From Octopus vulgaris (Eukaryota): a stretch of 64,000 nt of DNA. A program made the translations under genes and the position numbers. The stretch spans positions 73,160,001 to 73,224,000 of the forward strand of contig OX597828.1 in the NCBI GenBank assembly GCA_951406725.2, written 5' to 3'. The notes under the pieces were generated by a model. The model saw only the letters and a list, made by a program, of their open reading frames with translations, made no database searches and had not been told where the DNA came from. Shown piece by piece: positions 38,656 through 52,090 of the stretch. Each line of letters begins with the position of its first letter. The first letter of the stretch is position 1.

Positions 38656-39109
38656 TGGCGTCTATCATATATACATATATATGTGTACCCACACATAAAC
38701 AAACACCCATCCACACATACACACACGCGCACATGTGTATATATATATATATATATACATATGTATATGTACACACACACACACACACACATACACCATA
38801 TATATATGGTGTTAATGTAGGAGATCATTTTTATGCGTTTCTGGCATTAAAGCAGAATAGTTTATAAAACAAACTTTAGTACATAACACAGTTTGAATGT
38901 TTAAGAAGCAACTTACAGCATATACTGGAAATGTATAAGCATTTCATATATATATATATATATACATGTACACACTCATACACACACATATACATATTAT
39001 GTGTCTGTGTATATAAATATATATATATATGCAATATTTTCCGGACATACATTCCCTCATACATAGATGTTTAATTATATCAGAGACATACATCCACGTT
39101 TCCGGATTC

Positions 39110-39500
39110 CCGGTCTTTGAAAATTAACTTTCACCTCTTGAAAACGTAGATCGTATAGCCCTTGTATTTCTGTGGATTCTATGTGTAACATTCCTTCGTT
39201 GTGGAAAGCTCTCCTTTGAGGTCACATAGAATGATTTAGCAATTTGTAAGGTAACGCTTAATGTGAATGTTGCATTGGTGTGTATTTACGACTGCTGCGT
39301 GTAGATGGCAGAGCTGAAGCTTTCTAGCAAAGAGTAACTAACCTTAACATTGCGCACTATAAATGTGTATGGTATTCCGGTATTTCTGGGCAATGTTACT
39401 TTATATGGATAAGAAATTCCTTGTTGTGTTCATGGATACGCCTGGGTTAGGAAGGGATTACATCAGATTACGTCCACTTAAATTCTTCCTTGATTTTTGG
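39110..39500 (-). mobile_element. Decayed Penelope-like element (linker plus GIY-YIG)
   Basis: 'VSMNTTRNFLSI', 'NVKVSYSLLESFSSAI', 'CDLKGE' and 'KYKGYTIYVFKR' resemble PLE 'TNIGKKFL...NTVKVSYSC...CPLxGxC...YIGxTxxxFKxR'. Confidence 0.5.
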
Positions 39501-39704
39501 TGATGTTTTCAATAAGAAACCCTTGTGCCAGCGGGTTTCTTATTGAAGATTCTTTCGAACAGTGCCTCGTTTTAACCCGGCTCATGCCCGATGAATAGAG
39601 TGGAGCGTGATTTATTTAAAGTAGCTAAGGTTGAAGTTGTTATAGATGTTTATACTTCCATTACTCACCTTCTTATACAAATAGTATTTCCCTGGGTTAG
39701 AAAC

Positions 39705-39960
39705 GGAGTTGCCCAAAACGTTTGTTCGGTTTTCTAAATGAAAATAGAACGCATGTTTGAAACAAACTGATTTATTCAATCAATGACACAATTACCGTTT
39801 TGGTCCAGTATCTTCTGCCATCATGTGGACAGGCCCATTATTTCCGGTGTTTACTAGTGAAAAACGTCTCCAGGTGAATTTTTGTATCTTCTTTGAATAC
39901 ACCGAAATAAGTGAAAATCTAAAGGTGCAAGGTCGGTCGAATATAGAGGCGACAGCAAAA
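39705..39960 (-). mobile_element. Decayed mariner 3' end
   Basis: 'PDLAPLDFHLFR' and 'LST*WQKILDQNGNCVID*' on the minus strand. Confidence 0.7.
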
Positions 39961-40009
39961 TTTCAAGTCAAACACTACTAACCTCTACTGCTTCTACAAA
40001 GAAATGTGC

Positions 40010-40490
40010 ACTCTAGAGGTCACAGCCCATGGAGAACTAGCTCGTAGATTTAGGAAAGCTCTAAAGGAGATGAAACTCGACGTTAGGATTGTTGAAAAGC
40101 CAGCGAACTCCGTAGGTCGTACTCATTTGAGAATAACTTATGCACCAATAATAAATACATAGTATGTAGGATTGGCCCTGGTATTAACTGTAGAACTCGA
40201 AATGTAGTTTACAGCATAAGATGCATAGAATGTACTTGTAAAGACATGAACATGACATAGATAAGGGAGATATCTAGGAGCATTGCGGAACGACAAAATG
40301 ACCACAAATAACAGTCTTCCATACTCTACCAACATGCCAAGGACCAAGATGGCGGCAACCTGGGTCAACTTGATATCCGTATCTTATGTTGGGTCCAAGT
40401 ACCCAACGGACCCAACACTCAGACAAATACAGGAGTACGTCTTCATACATGCAACTTCCACAATACTAAATAGGGAATATACGTATTAGA
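40010..40490 (+). mobile_element. Decayed Penelope-like element of another clade (linker plus GIY-YIG)
   Basis: 'HGELARRFRKALKEMKLDVRIVEKPA', 'NCRTRNVVYSIRCIEC...*IREISRSIAERQNDH' and 'DPTLRQIQEYVFI...LN'. Confidence 0.75.
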
Positions 40491-40586
40491 TATCAAACCT
40501 TCATAACCACAGTTTATGCAGGTAGAGTAGAATAGTTAGTGGGCTGTTATGTAGAAAGATGTATGTATGTGTGTGTCGGTGTAAGT

Positions 40587-40625
<39 letters not shown>

Positions 40626-41375
40626 TGTATGTAAGCATATGGATATGAAAGTAAACAGATAGACATACAGATGGGGAGGTACATAGGTTATATGAACAGA
40701 CAAGCACACATACACACACATACAGACATGAAGACTGAAAAATATTACCATACGTACACACACACATTTCATTTCACTCAAGGATACACATGGAGATACA
40801 CATCCATACATACAAACACAGTACATAGTTGAAAAAAATCCCCCCACCCATATACACACACAGACGCAACGAGACATGCACACACAAGGAGACAGAGGTA
40901 CAAAAAACACATATAAACATACACATACATAAAAACACACAAGCATAGACGCACAAACGCATGATAATCCAGAAAACATACATACACATGCACATTCATA
41001 TATATGCACACAGACACACATGCATAGAGACATATGCATTCATGCATTCATGCATACATACATATACACATACATACTTACATACATACATACGTGTGAA
41101 TGCACAAACACACATTGATTCACACACATGCGCTCAAACAAACAAAAAGGAACGCAGTGTGAATAACGGACGGAGTCAAGACAATTGAAAAGGTTGCAAG
41201 ACGCAACGAAAATTTTAGGAAAATAAAGAAGGAAATGAGTGGAAATTTTACCGGTGAGTGTGTTACATAATAAGGCACAAAACAGAAGATGACTTTCCCC
41301 AGACACAACAGAATATGCTTCAACACACGAACTCACATAAAGAATCTTGCAAACCAAATCCCAAAACGAAAACAA

Positions 41376-41535
<160 letters not shown>

Positions 41536-41545
41536 AAGGGTGGAA

Positions 41546-41581
<36 letters not shown>

Positions 41582-41690
41582 GTATATGTATATATGTATG
41601 TATGTATATGTGTGTATATATGTATGTATATATATATATGTATATACATATACATATACTCATACGTACACATTTGCAGGCACACGCACC

Positions 41691-41742
<52 letters not shown>

Positions 41743-42331
41743 ATAATCTTCCTTATGTTTTTCGTCTCCGAAATTTGACCCTGAAGATTGTCAGCAACCG
41801 AAGGGGAAAAACCGGTCTGCGTTTTTGCTGTCAGTGAGATTGAACCTGGAACGGATAGTTCGTTTATTGCACTTCTGAATCCTGTTTGTATCTGGATGTC
41901 GATATTGGTATCTATGGTCGTGGTGATAGTCATCAGAGTTTTGTTGGTGATGTCCATGATGATGGTGATGTGGCCGTTGGTAGTGTTTGTGGTGGTCATT
42001 TTTCTCTAGGTGTCTGCCGTGGTTGTGGTTGTGGTTGTGGTGGTCCGTTGTGGTAGTGGTGCTAGTTGAGGTTGTTTTATTGGTAACGCTGTGGCAGTGG
42101 TTGTTGTGAATACGGTGGTAGTGTTCGTGGTGGGGGGAAAAAAGGGTGATATATATGTATGTATGTATGTAAAAGGCAAATTTTTAGATCAGAGTGTTTG
42201 AGTCATTAATCTTTAATCTTGTTGATTTGATTCCCAGAATGAGTGACGGAATCAAACTACACGTGGGGCTTTGATGTTTTGGAAGATAAATAATTCCTTG
42301 GAATTCTAAGCAATCAAATACAACAGCAACA

Positions 42332-42423
<92 letters not shown>

Positions 42424-42689
42424 CAATACTACGATGATATTGAAAAGAATTAATTCTATGCGAAAATCTTACAGTTGAAACAAAAACTGAAGCCACAATA
42501 CCGTAGAAATGATAAAAACAACAACAGCAACAACATCTGCAACAACAACAACAACAACAACAGCAACATAAATACAAGCACGAGAACAGCAAAAGGAGTT
42601 TGAATTATTGAATACGAAATGGCAGAAGTAGAAAGTGTTGTAAGGTGGAATGCTTTAAATAGTTAACTCTTGGAGAAGAAGAGAAATAG

Positions 42690-42806
42690 AAAAAGGAGAG
42701 AGGGGAAACTGAGATAAGAGAGAGAGAGAGAGAGGGACAGAAGGGGAGAAAAAGGAGAGGGAAAGAAGGAGAATGAATCGGAGGAAGAAAATGAAGAAAA
42801 AGAGAA

Positions 42807-42851
<45 letters not shown>

Positions 42852-43145
42852 AAGAAGAAGAAGAAGAAGAAGAAGAAGAAGAAGAAGGAGGAGGAGGAGG
42901 AGGAGAAGAAGAAGAAGAAGAAGAAGAAGAAGAAGAAGGAGAAAGAGAAGAAGAAGGAGAAGAAGATGGCGTCGGCGACAACGACGAAGAAGTAGAGGAA
43001 GGAAAAGAAGGGAGAAGGAGGAGGTGGAGGATGATGGTGACGGCGACGGCGACGACGAATGAAGAAGAAGAAGAAGAAGAAGAAGAAGAAGAAGAAGAAG
43101 AAGAAGAAGAAGAAGAAGAAGAAGAAGAAGAAGAAGAAGAAGAAT
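42690..43145. repeat. Long purine-rich compound repeat (GA/GTA/GAA/GGA)n
   Basis: Direct reading; (CTA)n also at 42331-42421. Confidence 0.95.
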
Positions 43146-43449
43146 TGTGGAAAAAGACAAAGCGAGAAAGAAGAAACACTTTAAAGGAAAGAGCGTTAGG
43201 AATGATGGAACGAAAATTCTTTATAAATCATCAAATCCCTTTTCTATTTCCTTTCAAAATGATAATCAAATCACATCAGAAGAATTTGCTTTACCATTCT
43301 GATTCTGTAGATTTATGTCTTTAGAGTTGGTTTATTGCTGATTTTCTTTCCACTATAAGCATCAGTCTCTACCTTTTGGATCGACCATCTGTGGTTATAC
43401 ACAACATTATATACACAAACTCTATATATATATATATATATATATATAT

Positions 43450-43531
43450 CGGAGTAAGCACATTAACAACGAACGGGAACGTGAAACTCTGAGTTACAAC
43501 TTTTCTTATATTCAGCTGCTTTTATATAAAG
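43450..43531. mobile_element. Family H2 mini-insertion (14-bp start plus inverted hammerhead 3' half) in (TA)n
   Basis: CGGAGTAAGCACAT followed by CGAACGGGAACGTGAAACTCTGAGTTACAAC...GCTGCTTTTATATAAAG. Confidence 0.65.
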
Positions 43532-43597
<66 letters not shown>

Positions 43598-43599
<2 letters not shown>

Positions 43600-43826
43600 G
43601 GAGTAAACACATAAATGTGAAACAAGGTGGAAAAAAAGAGTACTCAAATACCAGTGGTAGAGTAATATGCTTTATTTAAAGCAGCAGAAAATTCAACAAA
43701 ACCTGTTACTCTGAGTTTCCCGTTGCCGTTCATCGGACAGTTTTTGCTAGAATGTTGATTCATCTAGCAAAAACTGTCCGATGAACGGAACGGGTTTTGT
43801 TGAATTTTCTGCTGCTTTAAATAAAG
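43598..43826. mobile_element. Family H2 element with inverted duplication and hammerhead motif, in (TA)n
   Basis: Arms about 43670-43751 and 43763-43826 (right arm internally deleted). Minus strand 43701-43745: ctgt-CCGATGA-ACG gcaa CGG-GAAA-CTCAGAG-TA-acag. Confidence 0.8.
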
Positions 43827-44456
43827 TATATATATATATATGTACACTTATAAATATGTATATATACGTATACACTCACATATATATAGTGGTTATTTCT
43901 CATTTTAGATCTGATTTGTTTTATAAATAATAAACAAATGCGACTGGGACTCATCTCAAAGAGAATTAACCTTTTGCCGGGATATGTATCCGTGTATATA
44001 TATATATATATATGTCCTGCCCGCCAAATTTGGTTCTGGTGTTCGCTGAATTCTTCCTCTAGAGAATTCCCCTTGTAGTTTCATCGTTTATGATCTATTT
44101 CTAGCATTCTGGCCGGCTACCTAGCAGGCCAGCCCTGCCAATATACACATATATTTGAATATATATATATATATATATCTGTGTATGTGTTTGGTTTTAT
44201 TTTGGGATTATTTCATTTGTTTTTGGTTCGTTTGTTAGCTTTGTTTTTACTCTTTCATGTTTTATAAACGCCGTTTACATCTGAATATACTCAGCTTCCC
44301 CGTAATTAAGTATAACAAACATGTCTCGTCTTTTTTTTCTCATCTAAATCCGTCATCTTCTTCATCGTTATCGTCTGTCATCATCATTGTTGTAACCTTT
44401 TGTTCCTCTTGTATATAAGACCAGTATTATACTGACGCGTGCGCGCATATATATAT

Positions 44457-44511
<55 letters not shown>

Positions 44512-44555
44512 CATAGACATAAATATGCACCTACATATAAAAATATATGTTATGT

Positions 44556-44588
<33 letters not shown>

Positions 44589-44648
44589 TGTGGGTGTGTA
44601 TATGTATGTATATTTATATATATGTGTGTGTGGGTGTGTATATGTATG

Positions 44649-44680
<32 letters not shown>

Positions 44681-44693
44681 TATATAAATATGC

Positions 44694-44791
<98 letters not shown>

Positions 44792-45488
44792 GTTGAATGT
44801 GGATTCGTCATTTAATTGGTTGTTTCGAAAAAGGATTTCGAATGTTCATTCATCATACTTTACTGGGAGTTTACAGGTGTAAATTTGCGAAGATATGTAA
44901 GTAGTACTTGTATATAACGTATGGTGAATTTATGGAACTCCATTCCATAAATTTACCATACGTTATATATAGTGGCTTAGAGTATTCGATTCTCATCGGT
45001 GTATTGTATTCTTCGGCAAGATACTCTATTTCACATTGCTTCAGTCGGTTTATCGTTCAAAAAGGAGTTATCACATTCTTTTTTGTCACACTGAATCTCC
45101 CCGAGGATAGCCTGGGTGTACGTGTGACCGCTGAGTGTCAACCACTTGCATGTTAAATTTCAGGAGTAGCCTCTTTTGTCGGTTGGATCACTTGAAACAA
45201 TTGTTGTAACTGACAGTTTGCCAGCCGATGTATATATACACACATATATGCACATATGTGTCTGTGCGCGCGCCTGTGTGTACTTAAAATACGTACTCGA
45301 TATAGCATAAGCAAACTACTATTATCGATATTCACAAATATTTACCCAGTGTTTCTCGGTTGCAATCTCTCGACGATAAGGAAAAATGAAACGTAAGTCA
45401 TACGTTTAAAATGGAAAAGAAATTATTCAATAACTAAACACGCTTCCATTTGAAATTGTTAGATGTGCACGAGATTTTGATTGGGCTC

Positions 45489-45710
45489 TCTTACTCTTTT
45501 TTACTCTTTTACTTGTTTCAGTCATTTGTGGCCATGCTGGAGCACCGCCTTTAATCGAGCAACTCGACCCCGGGGCTTATTCTCTTGTAAGCCCAGTACT
45601 TATTCTATCGGTCTCTTTTGCCGAACAGCTAAGTAACGGGGACATAAACACACCAGCATCGGTTGTCAAGCAATGCTAGGAGGACAAATACAGACACACA
45701 AACACACACA

Positions 45711-45748
<38 letters not shown>

Positions 45749-45870
45749 GCTTCTTTCAGTTTCCGCCTACCAAATCCACTCACAAGGCTTTGGTCGGCCC
45801 GAGGCTATAGTAGAAGACACTTGCCCAAGGTGCCACTCAACGGGACTGAAGGTGCCCACGCAGTGGGGCT
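45489..45870 (-). mobile_element. SINE family B
   Basis: Reverse complement of 17459-17864, including the (TTTTACTC)n tail. Confidence 0.9.
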
Positions 45871-47501
45871 GAGCGTATAATATTATAGTTTTACACAATA
45901 TAACATTAAAAATGGAAATAGATATTTTGGCAATGTTGGGATTATTTCAAAGATAAAATATCAAATGAGAGCAAAGGCGACAAACTCCGAATTTAAAATG
46001 ATTTGGGGTTAAATGTTGCAGATTTTAAGAAGTACAAATCCAATGATCAGAAACAACGTCATAGGATATTCTGCCTGAGGATTAAATTTTCGTCCGTCCT
46101 TCTTTCTTTGTTGTTAGTGACTTCATAAAATTCAGTTATTTCCTCTTTCTCAGAATACCTAGACTTAATTGCATGCTTATGTTTCATGTTTTTTAAAAAT
46201 CAAATATTTTGAAAGTTATGTTTATAAGACACAAGTAGAGCAAAGCCTCCAGTTATTCAGAAGTTATCAATTGTATTTTATTTCAAACAAATAACAATTT
46301 AGTCTCTAAATATTTCAAGAACATTGCTCTAGTCATGATAAATCTGTAATTAAGACAAAGCAGTCGCCAGTTTCAGAAATATTTTTCTTTGAGTTGACTG
46401 TACGGCAGAGTAGAACAAAATCATTTTAATCAGCGTCGAGATGAAAATAGAAGAGGAATTAAATGAATGTCTTTAATCTAAATGTTGTAAGCAAAAAACA
46501 AAAATTGTCCAGTTGTTTTCGCCTTCTCCTTCCATATACCCACGAACAGACAGATAGATATTGCTATACAATACACTTCATGAACACTTAAATTCTCACA
46601 AGAAACATAAATCATTGGTGCGCGCGCGCGTGTGTGTGTGTGTGGGCGTTCTGTTTTACTCTCTTATAAATCCAGCCGAATGTTTTCAGCTTTACAGAAG
46701 CAACGCCATGTTATTGGGTTTTTTGGTGAATGAGGGAAATTAAAACCGCTGCCTTCAGTTGCGTCTTTCGCTGCAAAAAAATTCCATGTTAAATGTCACA
46801 TGGTTGGACATTTGTTTTTAAATTCACTTATCTTCCGTTCGAAGATTTCTCAGGTTCGTTGGAAACATAAAAATTGCTGCGTGCCATTGAACCAAAAAAA
46901 TGATTGCGGAATCTGGTCCTAAATTTTGATCGGAACAGTAAGGACACCACTACGTTGTAGAGGCAACAAGTTCGCTGATCTGAACTTCTCTCAGTACCCA
47001 TGTTTTGTGCTTCATTATATAAACATAAAAGATAACTTACCCGATTTCGGAGCAGGGAATCGGGAATCAACGGTGTCTTAGATGTTGCATTCAAGTTAAT
47101 GTTTTTGCTTCTAACCTCTCTATTACTCTAAAACTGTTTGACTACTATATCTATTAGTAAAAGTCCAGTCGGATGAGGACAAATATATTCTCCGCAGAAC
47201 CACCTTGATGTTCTGATCCCTCCGGTTATGACTGATCTTAGGACACCTCCGACTAGCATTGTGCAAATGGAGGTCATCTTAGTAATTATATATGAAATGA
47301 GACATCATTACTTATGCATACTTTCAGCTTTAAATAGCAAAACCTTCCGACTCTTTGTATCCTGCAATTCGTCTACTGACGTCTGGTGAAGTGCCCCAAA
47401 TTGTCCACCATTGTATGCATATATTATATACATAAATATTTGTGTGTGTATATATGCATATATGTGGGTGCATGTATGAGTGTATCTATGCATCTCTCTC
47501 C

Positions 47502-47608
<107 letters not shown>

Positions 47609-47904
47609 TACACGCGCACACACACACACATATATATATATATATGTATGGATAAATATAGCAAATAAGAAGGTGGAGAGGATACAAAATCGACAGATAT
47701 CAGCCGGTAAATATTCTAGTATTTCTATTTATTCCAATGTATTAGATGAATACATACACAAGTATTAGTAGTACAGAAATGAGCAAATTTGCAGGTTGTC
47801 AGTAGGTGTTACTTCCTTACGGCCGTTTCTGCCAAGAGGCAACGAAATCCTCAACGTTATTTACATCTCTTTAGTGTTCTGCATATGTATGTACATATAT
47901 ATAT

Positions 47905-48417
47905 ATATTGTTATATTTCGGAATGGTCATATTGCCAGTTTAGCCAATAAAAACACACGCACTATATATTTGGTGTTATTTTGCTTCAGTGATATTTATT
48001 TTTTACATTAATCTTAATCTTATTTCGGCCAAAGTTCTTTCGTCACACTCCTGTGACCGCATCAGTGGTCCTTTGTTTTCTTCTCACTTACTTGTGTCTC
48101 TCCTTACTAACCGTCAGCCATTTTGTATTTCTATTTGAATAGAAATACAAAATGGCTGACGGTTAGTAAGGAGAGACACAAGTAAGTGAGAAGAAACAAA
48201 GGACCACTGATGCGGTCACAGGAGTGTGACGAAAGAACTTTGGCCGAAATAAGATTAAGATTAATGTAAAAAATAAATATCACTGAAGCAAAATAACACC
48301 AAATATATAGTGCGTGTGTTTTTATTGGCTAAACTGGCAATATGACCATTCAAATATAACAATATCTGTTTCAACACACGACTTCACATAAAAAATCTAT
48401 CACAACAAATATTTAAA

Positions 48418-48420
<3 letters not shown>
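47905..48420. mobile_element. Element in (TA)n with a ~230-bp near-perfect inverted duplication and hammerhead-like motif
   Basis: Arms 47905-48135 and 48138-48365 (two small indels), unique tail to 48420. At 48201-48245: ggacca-CTGATGC-G-GTCAC aggagt GTGAC-GAAA-GAAC-TT-tggcc. Confidence 0.85.
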
Positions 48421-48493
<73 letters not shown>

Positions 48494-48759
48494 CAATATA
48501 TACATTCAGCGAAATTTAGATTCATATGAATATGGTAATTAAGTTAGATGCACCAGAATTTTGTACGGTGTTATCCATGTAAATCCATGGGGTGATTATA
48601 ATCAAAATAAACAACAAGAATATCTTCGGTAATTTGGTACGATTATTTCACGCTACATCATTTTATTAAATATTGTAAGTACTACAACAGTTTTAAAATG
48701 TTGAGCAATCATCAGCCATTTATAGAGGTTTTCCATCAATACATATACTTATTTTCATG

Positions 48760-48801
<42 letters not shown>

Positions 48802-49910
48802 CATACATATTTACATATAGGTATGTATGCGTATGGAATTGAGAGTGTGTGTGGAAATACGGTTCTGTATCCACCTCTGTAATATCGTCTTTTAGTTATT
48901 TACTATATATCTAGTATATCAGTATATCTAGGACGCTACTGTTTAGTGTTCCCATTTTTATAGACGGTATTCTATTTTTGCCATCAGGTCAAGCCAGCAG
49001 TCAGAGAATATTCGTTGAGGACATAACAATCACCAGCGTCTGCTCAATAGGGTCATAAGTGCACATAGGGTAGTTGTGTGAGCGGGAGAAAGGAGAGTGA
49101 GAGAGAGAGAGAGAGAGGGAGAGAAGAGGGGGAGTGAGAAAGATTAGAGAGAGAGAGTGGAAGAGGTGAGAGAATGAGAGTTAAGAGAGAGGGAAGAGAC
49201 GGAGAGTGGTTAGAAGAGGTGAGAGAGGAGAGACAGTGAGAGAGAAGAGAAAGATTGAGACAGTGTCACCACCACTTTTATATCTCGAAACAGAAATATG
49301 ACGGAATGATAAGAATTCGTGGTTGAGAGTTGCTCCATAAGACAGAGAGAGGGAGACAGAGAGAGAAGGAGGTAGGAAGAGAGGGAGAGAGATTGAGAGA
49401 CGGTAAAAGATACATTATTGGCTGACTTATGAAGAACATCATTTATATTTTTAAATAGAAATATAGACAGAATGATAACAATCTTGGTAGAGAGTTCCTC
49501 CATAGTAAGCAGAACTCTGAATGATGTCGATATATTAATCCCTCGGATTTGAAGAACCAGAGAAGCAAATTGATTCCAGACAAATATAGAAGACTTACAA
49601 AAATCAACTGAGCTTAATCTTTTACTAGATTAATTTATTATTTGAAGTTTTTAAACAAGGAAGTTAATATTTGGGAGATTCTTTGCTTTGATGAATGTAA
49701 ATAAAAATATACTGTAAGCTGCTTTACGGTTTAATATGTACGACTTGTGCTGAGCCGTAACTTTCACAACCTTCCAACAGAAATGTTTCATCGCTTAATC
49801 TTCTCATTGAAAAATCATGTTTGGAATGATTTTTCTATTCGACGGCGAGTTTGTTTGTGGATTGTGTATTGCCTTCCATTTTACTTCTTCTCCCTTCGTA
49901 GTTTGTATTA

Positions 49911-50003
<93 letters not shown>

Positions 50004-50012
50004 ATCTTTCTT

Positions 50013-50045
<33 letters not shown>

Positions 50046-50074
50046 ATATATATATATCTATTTATCTATTTATG

Positions 50075-50138
<64 letters not shown>

Positions 50139-50140
50139 CA
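49911..50140. repeat. (TATC)n/(TC)n/(TA)n compound microsatellite
   Basis: Direct reading. Confidence 0.95.
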
Positions 50141-50237
50141 CGCACAAACTATTTAATTATACAAATATATATATATATGTATACTTATCTTGTTCTGATT
50201 ATTTAAACTGAAAATATGCACAAAACTATGTGCACAT

Positions 50238-50300
<63 letters not shown>

Positions 50301-50738
50301 AGATGAATTCTTTTCATTGTGGCTCTACTTTCAAATCGCTGAAAATTCCGGGCGAATGTTCCATTATTTCGGCTTTTAATTCTGCTTTCATTCGTTTTAC
50401 ATTTTTTCCGTGGCTGTTTCATTTTCCACTTCGTTCATTTTTCTATCTTTCACGAGTCGATTCATCGTATTCTTTTTTATTTCTCTCTCTATAGGATTCC
50501 ATTAGTGTTAACCAGAAAATTGTTTTTCTGAAGTATTTATCTGCATATATCGTTTTTACCTCTCGGTGATAATAACCAGTTTTCCTAAGCCCTGACAGGC
50601 TTCTTCTAGAATTTTCATTGCTTACAATTTACTCACCAGCTGCTTCCATAGTTTTCTTGTAATAATTTGTTGGTTATGTTACTTATTATACCGCTTGGCT
50701 AAATCTATCATTCTCTCTACATCATAACATAATATACG

Positions 50739-51145
50739 CTTTTACTCTTTTACTCGTTTCAGTCATTTGACTGTGACCATGCTGGTGCACCGCTTTTAGT
50801 CGAGCAAATCGACCCCAGGACGTATTCTTTGTAAGCCTAGTACTTATTATATCGGTGTCTTTTGCCGAACCGCTAAGTTACGGGGACGTAAACACACCAG
50901 CATGGGTTGTCAAGCGATGTTAGGCGGAGAAACACAGACACACAAACATACACACACATACACACACACACACGCACACACACACATACACACATACACA
51001 CACACACATCAGTCTATTAAATCCACTTACAAGGCTTTGGTAGGCCCGAGGCTATAGTAGGAGACACTTGCTCAAGGTGCCACTCAGTGGGACCGAACGA
51101 TGTGGTTCGTAAGCAAGCTACTTACCACACAGCCACTCCTACGCC
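50739..51145 (-). mobile_element. SINE family B
   Basis: TTTTACTCTTTTACTCGTTTCAGTCATTTGACTG ... TTACCACACAGCCACTCC. Confidence 0.9.
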
Positions 51146-51809
51146 CGTAGCCACTCTTATATGTTTAACATATATTCATAGGGTTAAGATTTCTTTTTCT
51201 TTTTCACTTAATTTTTCTTCTATTTTTTACATTAGTTAGCTTAATTATTCTTTCACTGTATGTCATTTTTTAGATCCTGCTCTTCCAAAATTAGAGATCC
51301 TCAATTTGATTACTTCTACATCATTTTGTATTGTTCCAATTAATAGTTGTCTAGACACTATTTGTTTAATACACAATTCCACCCTGTTTTTATGTGATTT
51401 TTCTAAAGTTTGCTTATAGCTTATTCCTTGGTCGGTTCAGTAGCTTCCCTTTATCTGCCTATTCATTCCACTATTGATATCATGTCTTGCTAAAGTTATT
51501 ATTCTTTCCTATTATATGAATTAATACATTTCATTAGCATTTGCTACATTTTAGGTTGTCATTCTCTTTTAGAAATTGCAATTTTACATCTGAAGACGCT
51601 GAAGGTTTTTTTATATATATAGTCTACGAGGGCTATCTATGTGCTTTTTTATCTGATACCTCTACAATATCTTGCTTTGTTGCAGCCTACCCAATCCCGC
51701 TTCATCCGTTGTCAATATATTTTAAATATATGAAAAGGAATTGCAAGTAATTTCAGGCCAATCGAATTTGTATAATTAATACATAAAATGTGTCTTAGGA
51801 ACTAACTAA

Positions 51810-52090
51810 AGTGATCTATCGGAATGAATCCGGATAAGTTGTGTGAAGAATCCGGTATACAGTATGCATTGTGGTTTTCAGTTTTGAGTACCGTATGTAT
51901 ATACAGTGGTCAGGATTTTCCAGGTTTCTGCTTCTATAATCACAAGCCTGATGAAGGATTTTGTGGAGGAGAGCTGGTAGTTTTCTATACGTGCAGGGAT
52001 ACCTTCTCAATGCCGTTTGTGCTGCCTATGAGAGAGGCCTCTGTCTTAGGGCAAATATTTCTTGGCACCAAGCTCGTCTCATACGTTATC
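51810..52090 (+). mobile_element. Possible decayed RTE LINE C-terminus
   Basis: 'CAAYERGLCLRANISWHQ' loosely resembles the RTE terminal CxxCxRxxxxRxxLxSH motif. Confidence 0.3.

Noticed and set aside
42773-43324. 183-aa poly-V/poly-E ORF
   Set aside because: Product of (GTA)n/(GAA)n repeats; no splice or domain support.
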